From Candidatus Falkowbacteria bacterium (GTDB taxonomy: Bacteria; Patescibacteriota; Patescibacteriia; Patescibacteriales; UBA12465): 64,000 bases of DNA. Numbering within the stretch: position 1 is the stretch's first letter; every line of letters starts with the position of its first letter. The stretch covers positions 33,872-97,871 of the forward strand of contig CAINDR010000015.1 of the NCBI GenBank assembly GCA_903847415.1, in the 5' to 3' direction. The position numbers were made by a program, and so were the translations under genes. Below the pieces are notes generated by a model. The model worked only from the letters and a program-made list of their open reading frames with translations. It searched no databases and had not been told where the DNA came from. Shown one piece after another: positions 37,652-45,781 of the stretch.

Positions 37652-38104
37652 TCATTTTACATAAATAAAACTCATTTCTCCGCTTATTACAGTTCTCTTG
37701 TTGGAAAAAACGAAAAGTAGAGAGTTGTTTAAGTTTTTAATTTCTCTAACATTTTTTAGCTCCAAAATCATTTTAAAGCCTTCATCTTTCTTGGTGCGAT
37801 AATGAAAAGTCATAGCTAAATTTCGATAATACAAATCGTAATTGGCCATAGCTTTAATAAATTCATCCTCATCAATTTCAAAAGAAAGAATTTTTTCTTT
37901 TACAAGATGATGGGCTAGTAAATAGGATGTTTGAGATAGACAGCGTACATAATTTTCTGTTGTTACGTAAGGAACTAATTTTTTGGTATAGTTTTTTTGT
38001 GAGGGAATTAAACATTCAACCTCAATAGCCATTTTATCGTCATTAAAAATAAAATTTTTGACAAATATCTCATTGGCCGGGTAAAGAATTTCTAGAATAT
38101 TCAT
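37652..38104 (-). CDS. Hypothetical protein
   Basis: 150-aa minus-strand ORF. No domain recognised. Confidence 0.3.
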   Translation of the reverse strand: MNILEILYPANEIFVKNFIFNDDKMAIEVECLIPSQKNYTKKLVPYVTTENYVRCLSQTSYLLAHHLVKEKILSFEIDEDEFIKAMANYDLYYRNLAMTFHYRTKKDEGFKMILELKNVREIKNLNNSLLFVFSNKRTVISGEMSFIYVK

Positions 38105-38260
38105 GATTTAAATTTTTAATGTTCATTATTATTAATTTGTAATATTACGATATTTTTTACAAATCGTCAATATATATTTTTTCTTTATCCTTAGTCACGC
38201 TATTTTTAAATCATCCACGAATCGGAGTAAGTAGATAAAACATGATTTTTATGTTATTTT

Positions 38261-38617
38261 ATGATTGTAATATATAATCCAATAAATATGAAAGAGGGCG
38301 ATTCTAATTTTTTTGAAATAAAACATGAACACATACCAACCCCGGAAGAAGTCTATTCGATATTTAAGGAATTAACGAATAAAGAGTGCAAAGAAATTCG
38401 CAAAATAGAAGACGAAAAAGGGATTTACTTATTAGAAGTTATAATTCCCGGAGACTTAGAGAACGAGGTTGCTGAATATGCATATATGAGGAAAGGGCGC
38501 TATAAAGAAGGCGAGAGCGCAACGACTGAAATCCATGTAACTTATTATGACGGCGATATGCCAGTCAGCGGAACTTCGGCCGCTAGATGCATTGATGGAA
38601 ATTGGGTAATTCTTTAA
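38261..38617 (+). CDS. Hypothetical protein
   Basis: 118-aa ORF. Confidence 0.3.
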   Translation: MIVIYNPINMKEGDSNFFEIKHEHIPTPEEVYSIFKELTNKECKEIRKIEDEKGIYLLEVIIPGDLENEVAEYAYMRKGRYKEGESATTEIHVTYYDGDMPVSGTSAARCIDGNWVIL

Positions 38618-38741
38618 TTTTTTGTAAAAAAATCGAGAATAATTCCCTTTAATTAAAAAGATATAAGAAAAGGATTTAATTGCGAAAATAAATTATAAAT
38701 AAAAAGACCAGAAATATTAACTTCTGGTCTTTGGTTTTAAT

Positions 38742-39206
38742 TTAGTTGAAAAAAGCCAAGTATTCTTTGTATTCTTTTTCCGCCTTTGCTCGCAACCCTT
38801 CATCTCTTTTGTTGATAGAAGGCATTAAATCTTGGTAGTACATCGTTAACTCTTGATCCTCAGTCAGGCGATGAATTCTGTAAGTATTAGTGATTTTCTT
38901 ATCCTCTCTCACCATTTCACTAATAATTATGTGTGATGGAACGCCGTTTTTTTGGAGTTTTTTTAAGGTTTTTAAAATTGCACAATAGACACTGCTTTGA
39001 TTTGGTTTGTGATCTACATAAATTACGCCTAGTTCAATGGACCAAATTTTATAAAATTTACTATTGTTCATCAAGAGAGTATCAAAATTAATTTCTTGTT
39101 TAGAGAAAATAACTTCTGAGACATAAGTTGTTCCTTTTGAATCATATGGCTTTGTTTTAAAAATCTTTGTCAAAGCCATAACCCCAATTTTGTTAATGCT
39201 ATTCAT
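38742..39206 (-). CDS. Hypothetical protein
   Basis: 154-aa minus-strand ORF. Confidence 0.3.
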   Translation of the reverse strand: MNSINKIGVMALTKIFKTKPYDSKGTTYVSEVIFSKQEINFDTLLMNNSKFYKIWSIELGVIYVDHKPNQSSVYCAILKTLKKLQKNGVPSHIIISEMVREDKKITNTYRIHRLTEDQELTMYYQDLMPSINKRDEGLRAKAEKEYKEYLAFFN

Positions 39207-39497
39207 TTGTTAAATGATTTTATCGCTACGGGCGAGACCGAAATTATTTTTTTCCATTTGGCATTCAGGGAGTTTTTTTATTCACCCGATATCTACTAAT
39301 TAAGGGAGTAGAGCAACCTGGGAACAACTTTATCACGAAAAAAGATTTTTGTCAACGAATATTGGGGTATAGTCAAACTTTTATTGTAACCCCTATTTTT
39401 TTGAATAGAACTATTTTCTAGGTTTTTTTAATCTTTTTCTTCTTCATTTGACTTAATTATCTTGAAGATCTATAGTTAACGCATCAATGTTGCAACT

Positions 39498-39920
39498 ATG
39501 GATAAAAATACTTCTTATATCAAAATTAGAGAGCAGGGAGGAAGAATCACCAAGATTCGGAGTGAAATTGTTAATATTATATCTAACAAGGATTGTTTGA
39601 TTTCTTCTACTGGTCTTTTGTCGGGTTTGAGCAAGTTAAACATTCACCCTAATCGCTCTACTATTTATCGTGAGTTACAATTTTTAACAAAAAATAATGT
39701 TATTTTAAAAAAGACTATTTCGGGTGTTGATTACTATGAAATTCCTCACGACCATCACCACCATCACCATCTTGTTTGTATGAATTGCAATTCAATTATT
39801 AAAGTGGAAATGAATAATCATTTAGAAGAGCAGGAAAAGCAAATTGCCAAACAAAATAAATTTAATATTATTAATCATTCGCTGGAATTTTATGGCTATT
39901 GCCAGAAATGCCAGGCATAA
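39498..39920 (+). CDS. zur: Fur-family metalloregulator, probably Zur
   Basis: Winged-helix N-terminus. HDHHHHHHLVCMNC...CQKC contains a His6 run and two CxxC pairs. Immediately upstream of znuABC. Confidence 0.65.
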   Translation: MDKNTSYIKIREQGGRITKIRSEIVNIISNKDCLISSTGLLSGLSKLNIHPNRSTIYRELQFLTKNNVILKKTISGVDYYEIPHDHHHHHHLVCMNCNSIIKVEMNNHLEEQEKQIAKQNKFNIINHSLEFYGYCQKCQA

Positions 39921-39933
39921 TTTGAAAGTAGCT

Positions 39934-40911
39934 ATGATGAAAAAAATTCTATTCTTTGTAATAATTGTTGTAATTATCGCTTCAGGATTTTTTGCGGTAT
40001 CAAAGATTTCACAAAAACCAAAAAATAATTCCAAGAAATTGACTGTCGTCACTACCCTTTTTCCATTATACGATTTTGTACAAAATATCGGTCAAGATAG
40101 GGTGGAAGTTTCGCTTCTCCTTCCGCCCGGAGTTGAAGCTCACACTTTTGAGCCAAAGCCAAGTGATCTTGTGAAAATAAATGAATCAGAGCTGTTTGTG
40201 TATACCGGTAAATTTATGGAGCCTTGGGCTGAGGATATTATTAAAGGTATTGAAAATAAAAATGTTAAGGTTGTTGATTCTAGTCTTGGTATTGAAATGA
40301 TCAATGAAACAGAGAGCGCCCATGAAGGGGAACAAGGGGATGAGCACGTAGAAGAAGAACATGGACACGAACACAATGGAGTTGATCCTCATATTTGGCT
40401 CGATTTTGATAACGATAAAATAATAGTTGATAGTATAGCAAAGGCACTCTCAGAACAAGATCCTGCTAATGCTGATTTTTATCAAAACAATGCTAGTGAA
40501 TACAAAAATAAATTAGTACAATTAGATAATCAGTATAAATCCGGACTAACAAAATGCGAAAGCAAGGAGATTGTTTATGGTGGACACTATGCTTTTGGTT
40601 ATCTGGGTAAAAGATATAGCTTGGTTTATGAGTCCGCTTATGGTATTTCTCCGGATTCAGAGCCATCAGCGCAGGATTTTGCCAAAATTATCGAACAAAT
40701 CAAAAAAGAAAAAATCAAATATATATTTTTTGAAGAATTAGTCAGCCCAAAAGTTGCCGAAACCCTTTCCAGTGAAACTGGTGCCGGGCTCCTACTCCTT
40801 AATCCAGCTCACAATCTCAAGAAAGAAGATTTTGAAAATAAGATTTCATTTCTTGCTGTTATGGAAAAGAATTTAATTAATCTCAAAACCGGTCTTAGTT
40901 GTAGTGAATAA
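39934..40911 (+). CDS. znuA: Zinc ABC transporter substrate-binding protein (TroA/ZnuA-like)
   Basis: N-terminal TM/signal. His/acidic loop HEGEQGDEHVEEEHGHEHNGVDPHIW typical of ZnuA. Cluster-9 SBP fold pattern. Confidence 0.7.
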   Translation: MMKKILFFVIIVVIIASGFFAVSKISQKPKNNSKKLTVVTTLFPLYDFVQNIGQDRVEVSLLLPPGVEAHTFEPKPSDLVKINESELFVYTGKFMEPWAEDIIKGIENKNVKVVDSSLGIEMINETESAHEGEQGDEHVEEEHGHEHNGVDPHIWLDFDNDKIIVDSIAKALSEQDPANADFYQNNASEYKNKLVQLDNQYKSGLTKCESKEIVYGGHYAFGYLGKRYSLVYESAYGISPDSEPSAQDFAKIIEQIKKEKIKYIFFEELVSPKVAETLSSETGAGLLLLNPAHNLKKEDFENKISFLAVMEKNLINLKTGLSCSE

Positions 40912-40913
40912 TT

Positions 40914-41666
40914 ATGAATCCAATTATTGAAGCAAAAAATTTATCTGTAAATTACGGTCAAACAGAAGCTTTAAAAAATGTCTCCTTGATGGTTGAGCAA
41001 GGTGATTTTATTGGTTTAGCTGGACCAAATGGGGCAGGAAAAACTACCTTAGTTAAAGCTATTCTTGGATTATTGCCAGTGTTAAGTGGAAAAATAGAAC
41101 TTTTTGGTATAGAAAAAGAAAAATTTAATGATTGGGGTAAAATTGGTTATTTGCCACAAAAACTTTCTACCATCAATGCTCTTTTTCCAGCAACAGTTGA
41201 TGAAGTTGTTACTTTGGGATTATTATCACAAAAAAAAATTCCCAGAAGAATTGGATTTAGTGATCGCAAAAGAGCAAATGAAATCTTGCAAGAATTGGGA
41301 ATTGATAACCTCAAGAAAAAAATGCTTTCGGAGCTTTCGGGAGGGCAACAGCAAAAAGTTCTTTTAGCGCGAGCTTTGGTTTCAAATCCTCAGGTTTTAA
41401 TTTTTGATGAACCTTCAACCGCCCTTGACCCCGAATCTAGAGAATTTTTCTTTCAGTTAATACAAAGATTAAATAAGCAGAAAGGTATTACCGTTATTCT
41501 GATCACTCATGATACTAGTTATATTGGGCAATATGCCAATAAACTTTTGTATGTTGATAAGAGTCTTGTTTATTTCGGTAAATTTTCTGATTTTTGTCGA
41601 GATCAGAAAATGAATTCTTATTTTGGCGAATACGAACAACATATAATTTGTCATCAACATAACTAA
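40914..41666 (+). CDS. znuC: Zinc ABC transporter ATP-binding protein
   Basis: Walker A GPNGAGKTT, signature LSGGQQQK and Walker B LIFDEPST. Confidence 0.8.
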   Translation: MNPIIEAKNLSVNYGQTEALKNVSLMVEQGDFIGLAGPNGAGKTTLVKAILGLLPVLSGKIELFGIEKEKFNDWGKIGYLPQKLSTINALFPATVDEVVTLGLLSQKKIPRRIGFSDRKRANEILQELGIDNLKKKMLSELSGGQQQKVLLARALVSNPQVLIFDEPSTALDPESREFFFQLIQRLNKQKGITVILITHDTSYIGQYANKLLYVDKSLVYFGKFSDFCRDQKMNSYFGEYEQHIICHQHN

Positions 41667-41668
41667 CT

Positions 41669-42475
41669 ATGGAGATACTAAACTTTTTACATTATTCATT
41701 TATTCAGAGGGCATTTTTTGCTGGTTCGTTTGTGGCGATTATCTGCTCAGCACTTGGCTTGTTTTTAGTTTTACGAAAAATGTCTTTAATCGGCGATGGG
41801 CTTTCTCATGTTAGCTTTGGAGCAATTGCGCTTGGTTTGTTTTTTGGTATCTATCCTTTTTATATCGCAATCCCCTTGGTGATGCTGTCTTCAATTCTTA
41901 TTTTGAAAATCAGTGAAAAAGCGAAAATTTATGGCGATGCGGCCATCGGTATTGTTTCGGCGGTTGGTATTTCTGGGGGAGTTATTTTAGCTAGCGTGTC
42001 CAAAGGTTTTAACGTTGATTTGTTTAGTTATCTTTTTGGTAATATTTTGGCTATCAGCACCACCGAAGTTATTTTGTCCGTCATTCTTTCTTTTGTAGTT
42101 TTGGCGGTGATCTATTTTTTTTATTGGGATTTATTTTCGGCAACTTTTGACGAAGAATATGCCAAGACCACTGGCATAAAAACAAATTTTATCAATATTC
42201 TTCTAACTTTACTGACTGCAATTACGGTAGTTTTATCAGTTAAAATGGTTGGTATCATGCTGGTTTCGGCACTCCTTATTTTACCAGCAGTAACAGCCTT
42301 GCAATTAGTAAAAGGATTTAAAAGAGCGATTATCATCAGTAGTATCGTTTCTTTATTCTCGGTAATTTTAGGGATTTCGGTCTCCTTTTTTGCTGATTTA
42401 CCAGCTGGAGCAACAATTGTGATGATTAACGCTTTGTTTTTTGGAGTAGCAATTCTTTATAAAAAAAGTGTTTAG
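41669..42475 (+). CDS. znuB: Zinc ABC transporter permease
   Basis: 268 aa, about 8 TM helices. Operon position after znuC. Confidence 0.75.
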   Translation: MEILNFLHYSFIQRAFFAGSFVAIICSALGLFLVLRKMSLIGDGLSHVSFGAIALGLFFGIYPFYIAIPLVMLSSILILKISEKAKIYGDAAIGIVSAVGISGGVILASVSKGFNVDLFSYLFGNILAISTTEVILSVILSFVVLAVIYFFYWDLFSATFDEEYAKTTGIKTNFINILLTLLTAITVVLSVKMVGIMLVSALLILPAVTALQLVKGFKRAIIISSIVSLFSVILGISVSFFADLPAGATIVMINALFFGVAILYKKSV

Positions 42476-42499
42476 ATATAATTGAAATAAATTTGTTAT

Positions 42500-43084
42500 T
42501 TGAAAAGTATTATTATAATGACTTCAGATATTGACAATCATTCAACGGTCTTAAGCGATGAGGAGTTAATGCAGCAATCGTTGTCCAACCCTCAAGCTTT
42601 TGCTACGCTAATCGCTCGTTACAAAGGGTTATTTTTTCGTTATCTAAAAAGTTTTTCTGGTTTGCGAGATGATGAGATTGAAGATGTCGTCCAAATATCT
42701 TTTATAAAAATATATCGCAATCTCAAAGCTTTTAGAACTGATTTGAAGTTCTCCTCCTGGGCTTATCGGATTATCCACAATGAAGCGGTGGATGAGATTA
42801 AAAGGCGACGGCGACAAGGAAGTGAAAATGAGCTAGATTTAGATTTGCCAGACAAGATATCTTTGGTTGATCAATTAGATGAGAAGTTGGAGAGAAAAAA
42901 AGTTTTGGCAGTTTTAAAAAAAATGAGTCCTGATTATCGAGAAATATTAACACTTTATTTTTTTGAAGGGCAATCATATCAAGAAATTTCAGATATCCTT
43001 AGGCGGCCATTGGGAACGGTTTGCACTCAGATTAATCGGGCTAAAAAACAGTTTAAAGAATTATACCAAAAATATGTTAGATGA
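42500..43084 (+). CDS. ECF-type RNA polymerase sigma factor (sigma-70 regions 2 and 4)
   Basis: Region 2 FSSWAYRIIHNEAVD and region 4 REILTLYFFEGQSYQEISDILRRPLGTVCTQINRAKK. Confidence 0.75.
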   Translation: MKSIIIMTSDIDNHSTVLSDEELMQQSLSNPQAFATLIARYKGLFFRYLKSFSGLRDDEIEDVVQISFIKIYRNLKAFRTDLKFSSWAYRIIHNEAVDEIKRRRRQGSENELDLDLPDKISLVDQLDEKLERKKVLAVLKKMSPDYREILTLYFFEGQSYQEISDILRRPLGTVCTQINRAKKQFKELYQKYVR

Positions 43085-43841
43085 TTTAGAAAAAAAAATT
43101 ATCAATGAAATCAGTAATGGTAATTTAAAATCAACTAGTCGTTTCTTTTTGACGCTAAAATCTCTTGGTCGTTCTTTTTTGTTGGCTGTATTTTTGTTTC
43201 TTTCCGGATTATTTCTTTCTGTGCTCTATTTAATCATTAGACACGGAGATTGGGATCTTTATCGTTTTTTTGGTTATTCGCCATTATCTTTTTTTGTAGT
43301 TGCTTTTCCTTATTTTTGGTTAGTGGGCGGCTTGTTTTTTCTGATTTGGTCTTTAATTATAACCAGAAAAACTAATCAGGCTTATCGGTATCCTCTGGTT
43401 TATAATGGAATTTTAGGGATGCTTATTATTCTAATAATTTCAATGATTTTTGTATGGTCTGGGGTGGGGATAAAAACTGAATCTTTTTTATCTTCCAATT
43501 ATTTTTATCGTCAGGCTAACTACTTGAGATCATTATGGGACAATCCAGACAGAGGTTTGTTGGCTGGAACGCTTGAGCGCCTAGCAAATGACCAGTTATC
43601 ATTACGCGATTTTTCTGGAAAATTATGGACCCTCAATCTAAGAGAAGAAAAGATTATAAATCAATCATTATTGAATCCTGGTAATCGGGTGAAAATAATC
43701 GGATTTATAGAAGATGATTATTTCGTTGTTAAAGAGGTTCGTCATTGGGAATGCGGCTGTCCTCATTGTGCAATGATTAATAGCGAATGCTCTAGTTGTT
43801 CTTCCGGTTTTTGTTCAGATTCTTCTTGTCGGGTGAAATAA
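43074..43841 (+). CDS. Anti-sigma-like membrane protein with Cys-rich C-terminus
   Basis: Overlaps the sigma stop (ATGTTAGATGA). About four TM segments. C-terminus WECGCPHCAMINSECSSCSSGFCSDSSC. Confidence 0.35.
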   Translation: MLDDLEKKIINEISNGNLKSTSRFFLTLKSLGRSFLLAVFLFLSGLFLSVLYLIIRHGDWDLYRFFGYSPLSFFVVAFPYFWLVGGLFFLIWSLIITRKTNQAYRYPLVYNGILGMLIILIISMIFVWSGVGIKTESFLSSNYFYRQANYLRSLWDNPDRGLLAGTLERLANDQLSLRDFSGKLWTLNLREEKIINQSLLNPGNRVKIIGFIEDDYFVVKEVRHWECGCPHCAMINSECSSCSSGFCSDSSCRVK

Positions 43842-43903
43842 AATAGCGCTTGGTAAAGTAGTATTTATAGAAAGCGCTTTTATTAATAATAATTTTAATC
43901 ATT

Positions 43904-44173
43904 ATGACAAAAAAAACTATTTCAGCTTTTGCTGTTGCAACATTGTTTTTGGGTGGTTTAGCCTTTTTTATTGGATCAAATGCTCTAAAAACTGAAGCAA
44001 AAGAAGCTGTGTTGACTGATGTAGGCTCTAAACCAGCCGCCTGTAAAGCTTTAATAAAAGATGGTTCTTGTGGCTGCACTGCAAATGGTGGAACTTGTAA
44101 TTGTGGAAAAACTGGATCAAATTGTGCTGCTAACGTTAATCAAAAAGCTACTTGTGGCTGCGGGGCAAAGTAA
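43904..44173 (+). CDS. Secreted/membrane-anchored Cys-rich small protein
   Basis: 89 aa. N-terminal hydrophobic helix. Ten Cys in the last 45 aa with CGC, CNC, CGC spacing. Confidence 0.4.
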   Translation: MTKKTISAFAVATLFLGGLAFFIGSNALKTEAKEAVLTDVGSKPAACKALIKDGSCGCTANGGTCNCGKTGSNCAANVNQKATCGCGAK

Positions 44174-44200
44174 TTAAGTTTTCAACAATTTTTGAAGCAA

Positions 44201-44225
44201 AGCCAGTTTAATCACTGGCTTTTTT
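44201..44225 (+). terminator. Rho-independent terminator
   Basis: AGCCAGT ttaatc ACTGGCT followed by TTTTT. Confidence 0.6.
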
Positions 44226-44375
44226 GTTTGCCAAGGCAGTTTTATAAGAAAATCCTCCAATAAACTACATAGATTGTATTTTGTTTTTTTCTGATTTTTT
44301 AAATAATATCTTTTTACAATAGACCTATTTTTTAAAGTCCTATCCTTATTTCTTTATCTTTTCTGAAAAATAAGC

Positions 44376-44381
44376 TATAAT
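44376..44381 (+). promoter_or_regulatory. Candidate -10 element TATAAT upstream of the putative RT-associated ncRNA
   Basis: Perfect TATAAT 8 nt upstream of inverted-repeat arm a1. No convincing -35. Confidence 0.3.
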
Positions 44382-44389
44382 AATGAAAC

Positions 44390-44572
44390 AATTATCCTCA
44401 AAACCCTTTTTTAGGGATATTAACAGCTATCGTCAATCAAGTCTTTTTTTACCGTTAATATCGGTGACTTGTTCTTTGATAATAGTTTAACGAAGCGCGG
44501 CCTCACGGTTTTGCTCCTCGATGGATTAAAATAATATTTCAGAGATTTCTCTTAAATATCTTGAGGATAATT
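44390..44572 (+). ncRNA. Putative retron-like (msr/msd-type) structured ncRNA bounded by a perfect 12-bp inverted repeat
   Basis: AATTATCCTCAA (44390-44401) pairs with TTGAGGATAATT (44561-44572), which ends 6 nt before the RT ATG. The interior has a compound hairpin CAAGTC-T7-ACCG-ttaatat-CGGT-GACTTG (44438-44471) and further stems. Structure was predicted by eye only. Confidence 0.35.
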
Positions 44573-44578
44573 AAAAAT

Positions 44579-45781
44579 ATGTTTGAAAAGATTATTAGCG
44601 ACGCCAATTTACAGGCGGCGTATTTGAAGATTGTTGAGCAATTTGCTGCCGAGAAAAAAGGTTCTCGTTATCATGGCTTGGACAATCTTTTTTTAAAAGA
44701 TTTTGATTTAGATTCTTGCGAATTGATTAAATTAATTCGGCAAGAATTGCAAACTAAAACAGAAATTAGTCCGGCTTTAGCAATAAAAATTCCGAAAAAA
44801 AACAATCCCGAAAAATTTCGGGAGATTTTTGTTTATAATTTAAAAGAGAGAATTAAAGCTCAGGCAATTTTTCAAATCCTTTTGCCCGTATTTGAAAAAC
44901 ATTTTTCTGATCGTCTTTTCTCTTATCGTCCCGGTAAGCCACCGTATCTAGCTGCAAAATATTTTTGTCGCCGCTATCGAGATTCTTTTACTCAAGACTA
45001 TCTTTTTGTGGTTGATTTGGAAAATTATTCTGATTTAATTGATCATGACTTATTGTTAAGTTATTTATCTGAAATTTTTGTTGAAGAAGAAGTTATTTCT
45101 ACTCTCAAGTTATTTATTGGGAATAAGGTGTATCGTTCTGGAACTATTGAAAAATTGAAACAGGGCTTGGTTCAGGGGGTTCCCTTGATTGCAATGTTCT
45201 CAAATCTTTACTTAAGTGATCTTGATTTTAAGTATCAAAAAAAAGTGCCATTTTATCTTAGGGTTGGTGATGATATTGCTTTTTTTGATCGCTATCCTCA
45301 AAAATTAGAAATTTTAAAAAATAATTTTGTTAGCGATCTTCAGAAAAAAAAGTTAAAAGTTAGTGAAAGCAAACAATATTTTGGTCCAGCAAATGGAGAA
45401 TTTTCTTTCCTTGGTTATTCTTTTTTTCAGGGCCTTATTAGTTTGGAAAAGAAATATTTAAAAAGAATTGTTTTGGAGTGGAAAAATATTTTGAGCAAAC
45501 AAAAATTAAGCGATAACAAAAAAGACTTGTTCATAAAAAAGATAATGTTTAATCCCCGTAGTAATTATAATTTTCAATTTGAAAAAATTATTAAGGATAA
45601 ATCGCAAATTAACAACTCTGAACAGATTAAAAAAGTTTCCGAAGAATTTTTTAAAATTATGACTAAATTTTTTTATACTCGCTATTCTCCTCGCAATCGT
45701 CGCTTGCTAGAAGATCGTCTTCGATCTTTTGGCTTGAAGTCACTTTATTTTTTTTATAAAAAATTTCATTATGAGCGTTAA
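44579..45781 (+). CDS. Reverse transcriptase (retron / group-II-like family, free-standing)
   Basis: RT motifs 1-2 IPKKNNPEKFREIF...FSYRPGKPPYLA. Motif A FVVDLENYSDLIDHDLL. Motif B' GLVQGVPLIAMFSNLYL. Motif C RVGDDIAFF (YxDD variant). Motifs 6-7 FSFLGYSF. ATG at 44579 (track starts at TTG 44561). No intron RNA domains and no maturase/endonuclease extension. Confidence 0.8.
   Translation: MFEKIISDANLQAAYLKIVEQFAAEKKGSRYHGLDNLFLKDFDLDSCELIKLIRQELQTKTEISPALAIKIPKKNNPEKFREIFVYNLKERIKAQAIFQILLPVFEKHFSDRLFSYRPGKPPYLAAKYFCRRYRDSFTQDYLFVVDLENYSDLIDHDLLLSYLSEIFVEEEVISTLKLFIGNKVYRSGTIEKLKQGLVQGVPLIAMFSNLYLSDLDFKYQKKVPFYLRVGDDIAFFDRYPQKLEILKNNFVSDLQKKKLKVSESKQYFGPANGEFSFLGYSFFQGLISLEKKYLKRIVLEWKNILSKQKLSDNKKDLFIKKIMFNPRSNYNFQFEKIIKDKSQINNSEQIKKVSEEFFKIMTKFFYTRYSPRNRRLLEDRLRSFGLKSLYFFYKKFHYER

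Noticed and set aside
39380-39497. Zur box upstream of zur.
   Set aside because: Only short AT-rich symmetric fragments (e.g. GTTGCAAC) are present. Nothing resembles the roughly 23-bp Zur palindrome well enough to call without a PWM.
43904-44578. Diversity-generating retroelement (TR/VR pair) associated with the RT.
   Set aside because: The 350-bp region upstream of the RT shows no similarity to the 3' end of the adjacent Cys-rich gene or any nearby gene, and the RT lacks the DGR-type motif-4 pattern. The inverted-repeat geometry fits a retron-like ncRNA better.
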